This document shows positions 49,901-62,230 of a DNA stretch of 64,000 bases, piece by piece (the first letter of the stretch is position 1; every line of letters begins with the position of its first letter). Made by a program: the position numbers and the translations under genes. The stretch comes from Thalia democratica (taxonomy: Eukaryota): the NCBI GenBank assembly GCA_965202585.1, contig OZ241834.1, positions 37,200,001-37,264,000 on the forward strand. Reading direction: 5' to 3'. The notes under the pieces were generated by a model. That model saw only the letters and a list, made by a program, of their open reading frames with translations, had not been told where the DNA came from and did no database searches.

Positions 49901-52900
49901 TATTGCAAAATACGTTTTAAAGTGTTATTATTAACATTTAACATATATGTGTTTTTATTTCTGATAAATATTTTATGTTATTTTTATGAATATATTATGT
50001 TACTTTGTCAGACATTTGTATGATATGACTTGAATTAATTTTCAAAATTTATTGAATAAAAAAAACAGCTTTAAATCTTTCTATGTTTACTACAAAAATT
50101 TAATTTTGAAGCTAAAGCAATAGTAATTATTAAACTAAGTTATGTTGAATTTATACAAAATGTTGTCAATAAATAAACTTTTTATTTCAACAGTTGACAA
50201 GCAAAATGATCCCAATCAGACTGACCCGAGTCCAAGTTAGTTTAAATTTTTCTTTTATAATTTTAAAGTAGCATTAAAGTAATTAAAAAAATGTTTATTC
50301 TATTTAATGCAGTTACCTTGATACAATTTTATACTAACAATAGACAAAAAAGCTTGTACTTTTAAAAACCAGCTAAAAAATTCTATGAACCCGGAAAAAT
50401 ATTTACAAAAAAAATAGCTTGCATATAAAATTCATTTTCTTTTAACGAATTGGTAATTAAAGTACAACATAAAGTTAAACCTTGCTCAGTAAAATTTCAA
50501 GTTTGATTTTTTACCACTCAGAAAATGTTAAAGTAAGTATTTAAGAAGCATAAGTTATATACTGTTTTAAAAGTTCTTTACTGTGCTGTAGATCTTACTG
50601 TGTTGTAAGTAACTAAGTTTTCAAAAGCTTTTTATAATTAATTTTTTATTTACATACTAAACTGTTTTAATTCACAAGTTTTCTAACAAATTCAAGCAAC
50701 AGCCATTTATTAGTAACAGCCATCACTTAAATTAACACTTGGATTATCCTTTTCAATACAAAATTTTGCAGTACAAATTTTAATACTAAACAAAATTTTT
50801 ACAACAAAATAAGGTTTGCTTGACCCCAACACTTGCAGTTATGATTGTTTGAATTTACATCAACGTGTAAAAACCAATCAATCAAAAATGTTGGTGTTAC
50901 TGACTGAGTAGTTGAAAATTTATGGTTCATTGAGCATATTTTTCTAATTTATCATTGTTTGTTTAATTGTAAAATTCTCACAATTAATATTCGCCATGAT
51001 GTTAAAACAAAAATTGTGAGATTTTTCTCATTATATTTTGGCAGTGCATATTTTTATCCACAACAATTGCAAGCGTTTGAAAAATAAGCCATTATTTTTT
51101 ATAATTTATGGTTTTGCTTATCATGAATTAAGGGTTGGGTGTAAAACTGATCGAGTAAAACAAATAAAGAGTGATTAATTATAATCATAAATACACTTTT
51201 ATCTATTTGACTTTGTTGTATTAAACTATTTCTAAAGTGTTAAAAGCTTTCTTTCCTTCTAAGCCAGCTACGTAAACTATATAAAGTACATACAGAAGTA
51301 GCATTAACAATAATTCAAGCTTTAATTAAAACAATATATAAAAACAGAAAAGTTTAAATTATTAATAAAAAATAAACTCACAGTTTAGAAGCTATGAGAG
51401 TAGCAGTCAGTTTATTGAAAAATAGGCCAAATATTCCAATTAAATAAAAGGTGGTGATAAAAAGAAAAAAAAAAGTTTCAAAAAAATGTATTTAAATTAA
51501 GTATATACAAGGTGGGCCAAGACTAGTGATTACTTGCCAAAAATATGAAACAAAATTTAAACATTACAGAAAATTATAAACAAGGGTTCTAGAAAAAAAG
51601 AATTACATGTTTAAATTATTTGATGTCCTTTCTTATATGTTAGAAGTTTCATTCTTTTTCTCAAATAACTAACAGAAGCACACATTATTTTTGAGGTTTT
51701 TCTTTTCTATAAGAAGAGAACTTTTTCAAGCATTAATACTTGGATGAGCAACAGATGAGACCTTCAATCACAACATTGACCACACCAAAAATCCATTTGG
51801 GTTTAAGTCCTGTGATAAAGGCGCCCATATCTTCTTACTCCAAAACCTTAGAAAACGAAGTTTTATTTGAAATTTAACAAGTGTGATTTTTGTAGATTTA
51901 AAAGGAAAAATTTGCGGCCTCCTATGTTGCCTGTTTTTGAATCAGTTGTTTTTTTTTGGTGCAGACTGTATATTGAAAGCAAATTTGTCGTTTGTACAAG
52001 TATTGATTCTCTAAGATTTCCCTTCTATGAGAATGGACTAAAATAGTCTAGGAAATGCAGTGTGTCTCTCTTGGTTTTTTATAGAGGGTACCAGATTACT
52101 TGTAATAGGAAAAAAAGGATATTACATAATAATGATTCTAGCTAGATTTACTCTTAGTTTCCTTAATTTTGTTTTCAGTAATGTATAAATTATTTGTAGT
52201 GTTTTTTGCAAATAATCCTTTTGAAGGCCTTCTTAGTTTACTTTTTAAAAAACTTTCCACAAGTAGGGGTAGTTTATAAAAAATAATTTAAACCTTTGTT
52301 TAAGCTTTACAAAAAACAACTACATATTATACAAAAATGATGATTGTTTTCATAAATATTTGTGCCCACCAACTGTTATTCTTTTGATAAGATTTTCATT
52401 TTTTTTGGTTAATTTTTTTATTCTGTAAAACATCTGAAACGATGTGTTTATACTTTTTAATGGCAAATTACCTAGTTTAACAAGTTTAATTTAATTACAG
52501 ATGTGCAAGTAATTGGCGGAAACTCCGACCAAACTGATGATGAAAGTTTGAACAAAAATCAAGGTGGTGCTTCTGAAAAAGTTGAGGATGAAACTATAAA
52601 TGATAAAGGTAAACCTACGAATGTTGAAGCAAAAAATGCACCTGTAAAAAATCCTGAAGAAGTAACTGAACAAAATTCTGAAGTAGAAACTGATAAAAAT
52701 TCTGAAGAAATTTCTGATGAAAATTCTGAACAACAATCTGAAAAAAACTCAGAAGAGCCTAGTGAACCAGAAAAAAAAGATTCTAATGAACCAGAAAATG
52801 TAGATCCTAATGAACCGGAAATAGTAGAATCAAAAGAACCAAAAAAAGCAGATGGTAGTGAACCAGAAAAAGTAAATCCAAAAGAACCAGAAAAAGTAAA

Positions 52901-55900
52901 TCAAAATGAATCAGAAAAAGTAAGTAGTAGTGAACTACAAGAAGTAAATCCAAAAGAACCAGAAAAAGTAAATGCTAGTGAGCCAGAAAAAGTTAACCCA
53001 AATGAACCACAAGAAGTAAATCCAAAAGAACCACAAAAAGTAGATGGTAGTGAACCAAAAAAAGTGGATCAAAAAGAACCAGAAAAAGTAAATGGTAGTG
53101 AACCAGAAAAAGTAAATCCACAAGAACCACAAAAAGTAAATCCAAAAGAACCAGAAAATGTAGATGATAGTGAACCAGAAGATGTAGATGGCAGTGAACC
53201 AGAAAAAGTGGGTCCTAATGTACATGAAGGTGTAGATGGTACTGAACCAGAAAAAGTGAATCCTAATGAACAAGAAGATGTAGATGGTACTGAACCAGAA
53301 AAAGTGAATTCTAATGAACAAGAAGATGTAGATGGTAGTGAACCAGAAAAAGTGAATTCTAATGAACAAGAAGATGTAGATGGTACTGAACCAGAAAAAG
53401 TGAATCCTAATGAACAAGAAGATGTAGATGGTACTGAACCAGAAAAAGTAAATCCTAATGAACAAGAAGATGTAGTTTCAAAAACAAAACCTGAAGAAAC
53501 AGAAGCAAGTAAAGGTGGTGAAGATGAACCAAATGTACAAGAAACTGATAATCAGACTGATGAAATAAATAAGAAACCTGAAGATTTAGAAAATATCCCG
53601 GACGAAGAAGCTGTTGCAAAGACACAAGATTATAATAATGTGCAACCTGGAGAAGACGATGATAACTATAAAGTGGTTGTGGATCACCCAGATGTAGTTC
53701 AGTTTGACGATGATGATGCAAATGTAAATGATGTTGAGTCATATGATGTTAACAAAGACGAAGTCAAACAAGGCAGCCTTCCAGACGAGCCATATCACGT
53801 TAGTGTGTTTGATTGTTGAGTGTTTTTATAAGAAACCTTAATTCAACTAAATCTATATACATGACTTGATCTTTTGTCAACTATGAATTAGTCATAATTT
53901 TTTTTGTATTGCTAATCTATTTAAGTTTAATAATTAGTAGTAGTATTTTTCTTTTAATTTTGAATGGCTATGGATGACATCAACATGTTAATGTACCTTT
54001 ATATATTTACAGAGCCCTACAATGTTAGGGTATCTATTTAATTGTTGAATGTTTTTATAAGATACTTTCAATTTGTAATGTTGAATATAATTATGCATTT
54101 TTGTTCTGTATATAACTTACTCTTGTCTTTTTGAGGTTTTAAAAAATTTTAATGTCCACATAATCTACATAAGTTAACTACTAGGAGTAGCATGTAAGCC
54201 TCTTACAGTCACGAATAATTATAAATGAAACTATTTTTGAAAGTGTGGTTATGATTTAAAAATTTGTTGGTTGACAGTTTTTGTTTTTCTTTCTTGAGTT
54301 GTTGTTGTTGTATTAGTTGTTGTTTTTGTTTTCAACTTTTAAAATAAATAGTTTCTCTACCTTAAGCGGTCCATATCATTTTAGTTTATCATTTCCTTTG
54401 CTTGATTTTCAAATTTTTCGTAACATCTTGCCATTAATGTTTTTCGATTGTCTTTACCAGTAAAGAGCTTTCAAAACAAGAAGTGTTTGGTATTCTTCTT
54501 TCATTTTAATCTCCAAGTAGGTTGACCAATCATTGCAAACGCAGTTGGTGTCATCCAAGACCCACACCAGGCAGCTTCTTCGTTGATCGCATTTGGAAGA
54601 AATTTGATGTTTTTTCTTTAGCAGTCCAGAATTCGATTTCCCACAGAAGCGTACTATGAACACAAGCACTGTACAAAATTATTCGGTTTTAATAGTGACT
54701 CATGTTCTAATGCACAACCAAAAAACGTCGTATTTCTGCTCAGTCCAGGTCCTGAGTATGCAAACTTTCAAACCACTTCAAAATGGTAACTATTGATAAT
54801 AGTGTTGGGCGATGTGATATTTTTTGTTAGTACTTTAGCTTTATTGAGAATGATGGTGAGTCTGAAATTTATGCGTTGAAATCCATTGTGATTTGAAGTT
54901 GTCGTTGTTTGGCGCTGCTATTGCAGAATACATATTGTCATATGCACCCCAATATTTTCCAAAAATGTATTTGAAGCTCACAAAAAATAATTGTTGAAGA
55001 CGGCATACTTTATTTAAGTTATATATGAGTAATGTTTATACATAATATATTGTATAATTTATATACAATATATTTTTATCTATAAAATTTAACACATTTA
55101 CACACAGGGTGGCCAAGACGTACCCACTGGATTCGGTTCCTTCTTTTACATCATGCTTCTGGTTGTCATGGCGTTTGGGGCCTACATCATGTTTCACAAC
55201 AAGCGAAAAGTTTGTTTTGATAAACACCTTACCATAATATTTTTGATATTTTAGTTTCTCCTAGTATGCCAACAGTTTTTTGTAGCTTTTTTTTTGTCTT
55301 GGTGTTGTACTATGAGCTAAACTGAAAGTTTTGTAGATCTTTTAACATACGCATTTACATGTTTCATAAAGTTTAATATATATCTATGTTGGGGGTGTAT
55401 CAATATGAGTATGGTAAAAATAAATTAAAAGCAGCTTGTATTTTACTTAACAGACAGTATAGTGTATTAAGTTCTAAAATCAAAAAAAGGTTCGCAAGAA
55501 TGTTTTAGATTTTGAGAAAATTGATAGTGCCAAGTAACGTGTTTTAAAAAGCTTATTAATATTTTAAAATTAATTTTTCTATATGTTTCGACCACTGGGT
55601 TTCCGTCTTGCAACTTTCTAATCATAGAGTTTTTAAAGCCGTCATTGGGAAATTTTAAAAATAACACAGTACAGTCAGCCGTATGTAAAATACTTTCTGG
55701 TGAATTTACTTGGTTAAATTAGCAATAGTTATAATATGTAATATTTTAACAACATGTTTTTTTCAATTGTGTCCATGCTATTTTTATCAAATTTGAAAAA
55801 CTCTGAAATTTAGCTCTTAACTTTTAAATACTTCTAACAATTAATTTTAAGAAAATTTGTGGCCGAAAATACTAAGCTCTAAGCAGCTGTTGTTTTAAAA

Positions 55901-58900
55901 TATATTAGAAAGTTTTTTTTTTACTTTACATAGCCTTATATTCTTAGATTCCTTCGAATAGAAGAAGCCCTTTATTGCCGACATTCAGTAAGCCAAAAGT
56001 TTATTAAAAAGAAAAATTGTCCAAAACTTCGCAGTCAGTTAGCAAGTATATTTGTTAAAATAAGGGTTGAAGATATTTTTATTCAGGGTTGCCACTCACT
56101 CAGGTCAGATTAGTTTGAAAATTGTTTGAGGTAAAAATCGGGCTTGTTTGTATATATTTTTTAAATTGCAGATTAGTTATTTTAAAATAACCATGTCTCT
56201 TAAATTTCATGTTTTTGTTAACACTTTTCCTTTTGTTTATGATTTTTAAAAGTACCAAAGCTTGATTAGTATTCAAAATCAGGCAAGTTTAAGATATCTC
56301 AGACTATTTTTTTTTGACTTTAAACATTTAATTCTTAAGACTTATGTTTCTCGATAAGATATTTTTTGTTTTTTTATTATGGTTTTTAGAAGGTTAGAAT
56401 AATATTGAAGTTTTTAGTTTTTGGGCCTTACTACTTTTTTAGTATTTGAATAAACTCAGGCAGACTAAGAAAGTTTAATGTAACTCAGGGTGGCTTTTTT
56501 TTGCGTAAAAAGTGGCAGCCCTGTCAAAACAGCTAAAATAAATGCTAACAATGTATTTAAATTGCAGTATATGTTTCAGTGTGGCCTTTAAAAAGTTTGG
56601 TGTGCATATAATTGGTTTTATTATTTATGAATAGTGTGATTTTTTCTTGAAAATATTTTCATAAACCATCACTTTAAAGTTAATGAAGTAATGTTGTGAT
56701 TCGCTAAGTTTGGTGATATTAATAAATGTTTGTTACATAAAATAAAAGAAAAACAAATAAGTTCTTAAGCAAAGCTTGTCAGAAAATTAAAACAGTTTTG
56801 TTTTTAAATAACGAACTTAAGCTAAGTATAGTAAAGGTTACTTTATATTTAATTAAAATTATAATGAAATGTTTAAAAATATAACTTGCTTAATGCTGTG
56901 TGGTTTTTACCTACATGCACAATAATATTTTATTTGATTCTTTGTAATAATTTTAATTATATAGTAGATTTTTAAATTTTCAAAGCAGTTTAATGTATGT
57001 GAAACACTTTTTTCAAAAGAAATTTTCTTAAAGATTTCTGTTTTTTTTTAAATTAATGTTTTATAGTATAAGGTAGTATAAAACACTTGTTTACAAACTT
57101 AATATAGTTTTTTTATTAAACTAAAAATTAAGCGCATTCAAAACATAATTAAAAAATGAATATAATTTAATATTTTCAAACTTTTTATGATTTTTACATA
57201 GTAATAAAATGCTCTCATGGCCTAATTAAGTTGTTAAATTACCAATTGAAATAAGCTAATCAAATAAAACAATGATTAAAAGAGAAAAAATTTATTTTCT
57301 TTCAAATGCTATAGATAAAAAAAATAAAGTACTGTTAAATAAAATTAAAGTTTGTATACCTTTTTTTGAACCTAAAATTTTATAATAATCTAATTAATTT
57401 TTTTTAATGCAATTTTTTTATCCATTTTCTACTAAAGATATATAGTAACATTTTTACACATAATTTAGATTATATGTTCACTTTTTGACATTTGTTTACA
57501 ATAAGTTATACACTATAACTACATTCGTAAAAAAGGAATAATATTAGCACTAAAATAGTATTTTTATAATACTGATTAGATATTTAAAAGCATGTTATAT
57601 ATCTAAAAAAACATTTTTTAAATAGCGTTTCTAAATTATTTTTTAACAAATATTTATAACTGGTTGATGAAAAATTAAATTACGACATGTAATATCTATC
57701 TACTAATCATGTAATAAAGAGTTATTTATAAAAAATCATGAAATTAATAGAAATGTTCGCATCACGACTAAATTTTTCACCTTTTAATGATTGCAATATT
57801 CTTTACTCAATCAAAAACTTTAAAGTTCAATAGTTTTAAATGAAAACTTTTAAAGCATTTTCGACTATTTCAAGTTAAGTTGCATTTTTATACAAGTTTT
57901 AACAGGTATACTTGATATAATTAAAACTAATCATAAACACTTCTTTGTTTGGAAATTTATTGTACAAGTTGTGATGTATATGATCATATGGGAAAACTAA
58001 GTTTAAATAATTATAAAATGTATAAAGTTTAAATGTATGAAAGTTTTTAGATGTTTTAGATATTGAGTGTCCTGTACTATTTAAACGTAAGAAATAAGAT
58101 TATAGCATTAAATCATGGAGAGTATAAAAAAAACATTTCAAGGCTATAAAGGAGTTTGAATTTTTTTACAATAACTAACATTGGCTCTTATTTAAAAGTT
58201 TACCGTATATACTATAAGATGATTTTTATAGATTTGAGAAATTTCTGTTAACCTTTGAGATGTAACCAGTTTAGCAATTATTAAGTTTAATTTGGATAAG
58301 ATCTCTTATAAATTAAAAGAGTATTATTTTGAATAGTTAAACTAATTACGAAATGGTTTATTCATTGTTTAGTTAATATTTTACTTTGATATTTTTATTT
58401 GAGCCTTATTATTATAGTTATTATTATATTTTTTTGTGTTTTTAAATTTAACATAAACATTTTAAATTAAAACGAAAAATAAGTCTTAACATTTTTTTTG
58501 TTACATAAAAAAATGTTGAACTTTAACGGAGCTTTTTATAAATGTTTTGTAAATAATGAGTAATTTTCTCCTTTTTTGAATTAATTTTTTTAATATGTAT
58601 GATATTTATTAAAAAAAACACTTTATACTTACAAATTCTTGCCTTTAACCTATTTTTTACATAACATCAAAAATATTTGAAGCTAAGTTAAATTATCAAT
58701 TGAATAATGTTGTTTAATGGTTAAGGAGTTTTAGTTTGTTTTTATAATTGATGAAATACTTGTTTGAACTAACATACCTAATTTCTGAAGCAATCTTTAT
58801 ACCTAAGGTTTTAGTATAAAAATGTTCAAATATTTTTTTTATTAATCATACAAAACACTTTGAGTTTTTTTGAATTAAAAAGAAGTCAAAAAAGTTATAT

Positions 58901-59485
58901 TTATTAATATTTGCTATGGTAAAGGCAATAAGTTCAAATGTGTGTAATACCTTTGACTTTTGTCCAAATTTAAAGAAATGTTGAAAAAAAAAAACATTTT
59001 AGTTATACAAAAACTTTCAACTTTGTTTTTAGTTACTTGCTTAAAATTAAATTTTATTATTTAAATATATTTATTTTTGATAATTTCATTGCTGTAAATA
59101 AGAAAATAAAAATTAAATAAGTGTTTAATTTATTAAGAAAATCAATTAGTATTTTAAGCTCATTACATTATACATCACCTAATACCAACATATTATACAA
59201 ATTTCTTAAATTTTTTTTTATTCAGATCAAAGCCCTTCTAATGAATTTTATTTTATTTATAATTATCACTGTACATTATCATATATAAAAAATAGTTATT
59301 ATTTCGCGGATCAAAGCCCTCCTGATTATGGGAATTTTATTTGTAATTTTTACTGTAAAATATTATATATGAGTATTGTTTTTTAGATCAAAGCTCTATT
59401 TATGATGGGATCTCCATCAAGGAGACACACCGGGTCCAGATGGAACAAAAGAGGAAAATATCAACCAGTTAACACTTATGATTAA
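46978..59485 (+). CDS. TGN38/TGN46 (TGOLN2)/C5orf15-like type I membrane protein, 536 aa. Coding exons 46978-47047, 50194-50235, 52501-53798, 55108-55209, 59387-59485.
   Basis: Exon 1 encodes a signal peptide (MKFHILLVLITTICLCLQVNS-LP). Phases match (1,1,0,0). The luminal domain is acidic and repetitive. The TM segment SFFYIMLLVVMAFGAYIMF is followed by the family motif HNKRK, and the cytosolic tail ends GKYQPVNTYD* (YxxPhi, cf. SDYQRL of TGN38). Confidence 0.82.
48975..49465. mobile_element. Foldback/MITE-like long imperfect inverted repeat in intron 1 of the TGN46-like gene
   Basis: gttacgatacaagcatagccaactatatcgaactaaaatctagtaacagtt (left) versus aactgttactagattttagtttgataaagttggctgtatgcttgtatcg (right). 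An inner pair is tttcaaacgagatcc/ggtctcgtttgaa. Confidence 0.75.
51505..52100 (-). mobile_element. Degenerate Tc1/mariner (IS630-Tc1-mariner) transposon relic
   Basis: The minus strand at ~51838-51723 translates as SKKIWAPLSQDLNPNGFLVWSML*LKVSSVAHPSINA*K, resembling the WPPxSPDLNPxDxxxW catalytic motif. A TA-CAAGGTGGGCC terminus-like sequence lies at ~51505. The right boundary is uncertain. Confidence 0.6.
52776..53471 (+). repeat. Coding tandem repeat: 29 units of 24 nt (consensus V-[DN]-[GPS]-x-E-[PQ]-[EQ]-[KDE]); the last 10 units form five 48-nt higher-order repeats (53232-53471)
   Basis: Counted directly in the exon 3 translation, e.g. VDGTEPEKVNPNEQED-like units x5. Confidence 0.95.
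56084..56523. mobile_element. Non-autonomous element with CAGGGTTGCCAC / GTGGCAGCCCTG termini
   Basis: The inverted termini match the family at 8083-8467, but the internal sequence differs. Confidence 0.55.
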
Positions 59486-61884
59486 AAATATTTATATTTT
59501 AAATTGGAAAATATCAACCTGTTAATACTTATGATTTGAAATTATTTATATTTTATTTTTAATTTGTAATAGGGAAATAATACAGTTTGTAATGGTTATA
59601 AATTTATGTTATACTTGTAATATTTTATATGATAAATATCAATTTGAAAAATAAATTATAATGACCAAACTTAACAAAAATTTTTAAAATTTCTTTTTAA
59701 ATATATTTAAGTTGAAAATTACCGAAAAGTGTGGATTAAAGTTAATAAAATAATACTAGTTATTGTAATTTTGGGATATCCAATACTTATAATATTTAGT
59801 TATTTCTGTTTAGTAATAGCTTGTCTAATATAACTCATTTTCCTATTAAATACTTTCTTTTGTTTATAACTTTTTTCTCAGTAAGACCGTCTTTCGTTTA
59901 TTAATAGCTTCAATATTTTGGTGTATGTGTAAAAAGTAATATAGAAATTTAAAACTATCTATTTTCTAAAAGCTCTTTTATAATATAATATAAATGAGTT
60001 GTAATTTTCTAAACTTTTGCAGTGCTTTTTATTTAGCAGGAGCTTAAATAATTTCGCAGTTTGTTTTAAGCAGTTTTTTATAAAGATCATTTTTTATTAT
60101 TTATTTTTTCATTTTCTATTCATTTCTTCACTAGGTTTCAAACTGTATTTTGCTTTGTTTTTTGGTGTAAATACTAAAAATATTTTTATAGAAAATTTAA
60201 AAAGCTCAAACAATTATTCAATAAGTATTTATAACATGTTTATTCTTAAAAAATATTTTTATCATATTTTTAAGAAGTATATCATATGCTTACAACAAAT
60301 GGTTTATTAAAACTTTAAGTTACTTTTTGTTAAACGTTGTTTTTGATTATCAATTAAAAGTACTAATTTTTCTTATACAATTTTTAGTGCAATTCATAAA
60401 TATATTTTTCGTTTACGTTTATTGAATTTTTCAGTTAAATGTTTATTTAATAATAAAAGTTGAATAAGTTGTTTTTAACTTTTTGTATAGGTTATGTTTA
60501 TATTAATAACATTTATAGTTATGTTTAAAGGTTTGAAGAAATGCAGATTAAGAAACTTGTATTCAAACTACATGGAATATTTCATTGTCTATACAAGCTT
60601 GTATTCTAATATGAGTTTTTAATACTCAGGAGAATATAAGTTGTAATATTAATCAAATAATAAAGTTGAAATATAAATTAAATTTTAATATGTAAGATTT
60701 AACATTTTGAATAATCATATTTAAGTTTTTTTTTTGTAAAACGTTTTGATATTTAAGAACTTTATTATTTTTATATTGCTATGTACTAATGTAAACAAAC
60801 AAACTTAATTGTTTGAATGTAATGTTTTTATTACTCATAGCCATAAGTAATGCATTCATAATATAATAAAGCCATAACACTTTATTAAAGTTCAACTTCT
60901 TAATTGTTTATAATATAAAAAAAACTTTTTGTTTGTGTCTTTAATTTAATATTTTGTTTTTTATAACTAAAAGTTTATAAATTGTTTCTAACTATTTTTA
61001 CTAAAGTAAATTTTAAACTAAGTTATTATTTTAGTAGTTTTTTATTCCATATTAATAAAGTTTAAAATAAATATTTGCAATTACCAATTTGCATACATAA
61101 AATACTTAATAAGGTCTTTAAAATTAGGTTAATTTAAATAAGTATAAACTTATATTTTATTTAGTTTTTATTTTTAGTTAGTATTTTCATAAACATAATT
61201 AAAAAGCCTTCCAAACCTTTAAAAAAAATTGGAAGTTTTCTAATACAAAACTTGTTTTTTATTATTTATAGCCAGGGCTGTAATTTATAAGAAATAAAAA
61301 ATAAGTAAGTTTTAAATTTCAATAGCATGTAAAATCAAAACAATTAAGAATAACGTTACAATCACAAAATTAACGCTGTATTGAAATATAATTGTTATAT
61401 GTTAGATATAACGTAATTAAATTTAAATTTTAGAATCGAACAAATAAAAGTATATAACCAAAAATATGTTATTGTACTTTACTAAATTAAAAAGTTTCGC
61501 TGCAAAAAAACTTGGAAACCTTTACAGATTATATAAAGATCGATGAAAATCATATAAAAATATAATCAAATATAATATTTTTATTCGGCAAATCTGCTAT
61601 GGATAATATAAAAAGTTGTAAACAGTTCAAGAAATAAACCCAATTTAAACACTGTATAATCAAATTTAGACTAGTCAAAATAAACTAGGCTAAAATAAAT
61701 TTATAAAAAGGTTTGAACATTTAAGTTTTTCATTAGCTCTTTAAAGGGAAACGAACTTTATTGTTGTCACAGAAATCATAATTTTATATTACGAAATTAA
61801 AACCAAAATATTACTTAACAAAAAACTTTATATTTGATTTAACCTATTACATAATTCTTATTTAGATAAACAAATAATGAAATA

Positions 61885-62230
61885 GTCCTGGACATGACCT
61901 TAAAAGGTATCAGTAGCTGCGAATCGATAACCGAAAGGTTTTTCGTGCACCAGGTCTTAGGACCAAATATTTGGAGCGTCATTTTTTGTCGTTCAATTAG
62001 CTATAAACTTCGCTAAAAAGCCTACTAAAGTCTTTAATTCAACTCTACGTTCAATATTTCAACTGATTTCTGCAACATTATTCATAACTTCCTAAAAATA
62101 TCCAAACTAGCTCATGACTTTAGTTATACTAAAATGATGATCCTTCTTTTTTTCAAAGAACAAACCGAAAAAAACTTTCGGTTATCGAGTAGTACACCAC
62201 TTGGATACAGTTTAACGTCTTGTCCAGGAC
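61885..62230. mobile_element. ~345-bp element with inverted ends (GTCCTGGACA...TGTCCAGGAC), each arm carrying the ACCGAAAGGT/ACCTTTCGGT module
   Basis: Left arm ...atcgataaccgaaaggtttttcg... versus right arm ...cgaaaaaaactttcggttatcgag... The terminal 10 bp are perfectly inverted. Confidence 0.6.

Noticed and set aside
52935-53465. 176-aa minus-strand ORF rich in F/W/I, and the overlapping 52491-52736 ORF
   Set aside because: Antisense shadow of the purine-rich GAA/CCA/AAA repeat exon. It is low-complexity and has no independent signals.
52503-53819. 438-aa ORF treated as a stand-alone gene
   Set aside because: It starts at a GTG just after a ttacag acceptor and has a phase-0 donor at 53799. 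It is internal exon 3 of the TGN46-like gene.
54740-54770. YSGPG peptide resembling the parvovirus/Polinton PLA2 calcium loop (YxGPG)
   Set aside because: No downstream DxxxxxHDxxY catalytic motif in frame, and the match is too short to be meaningful.
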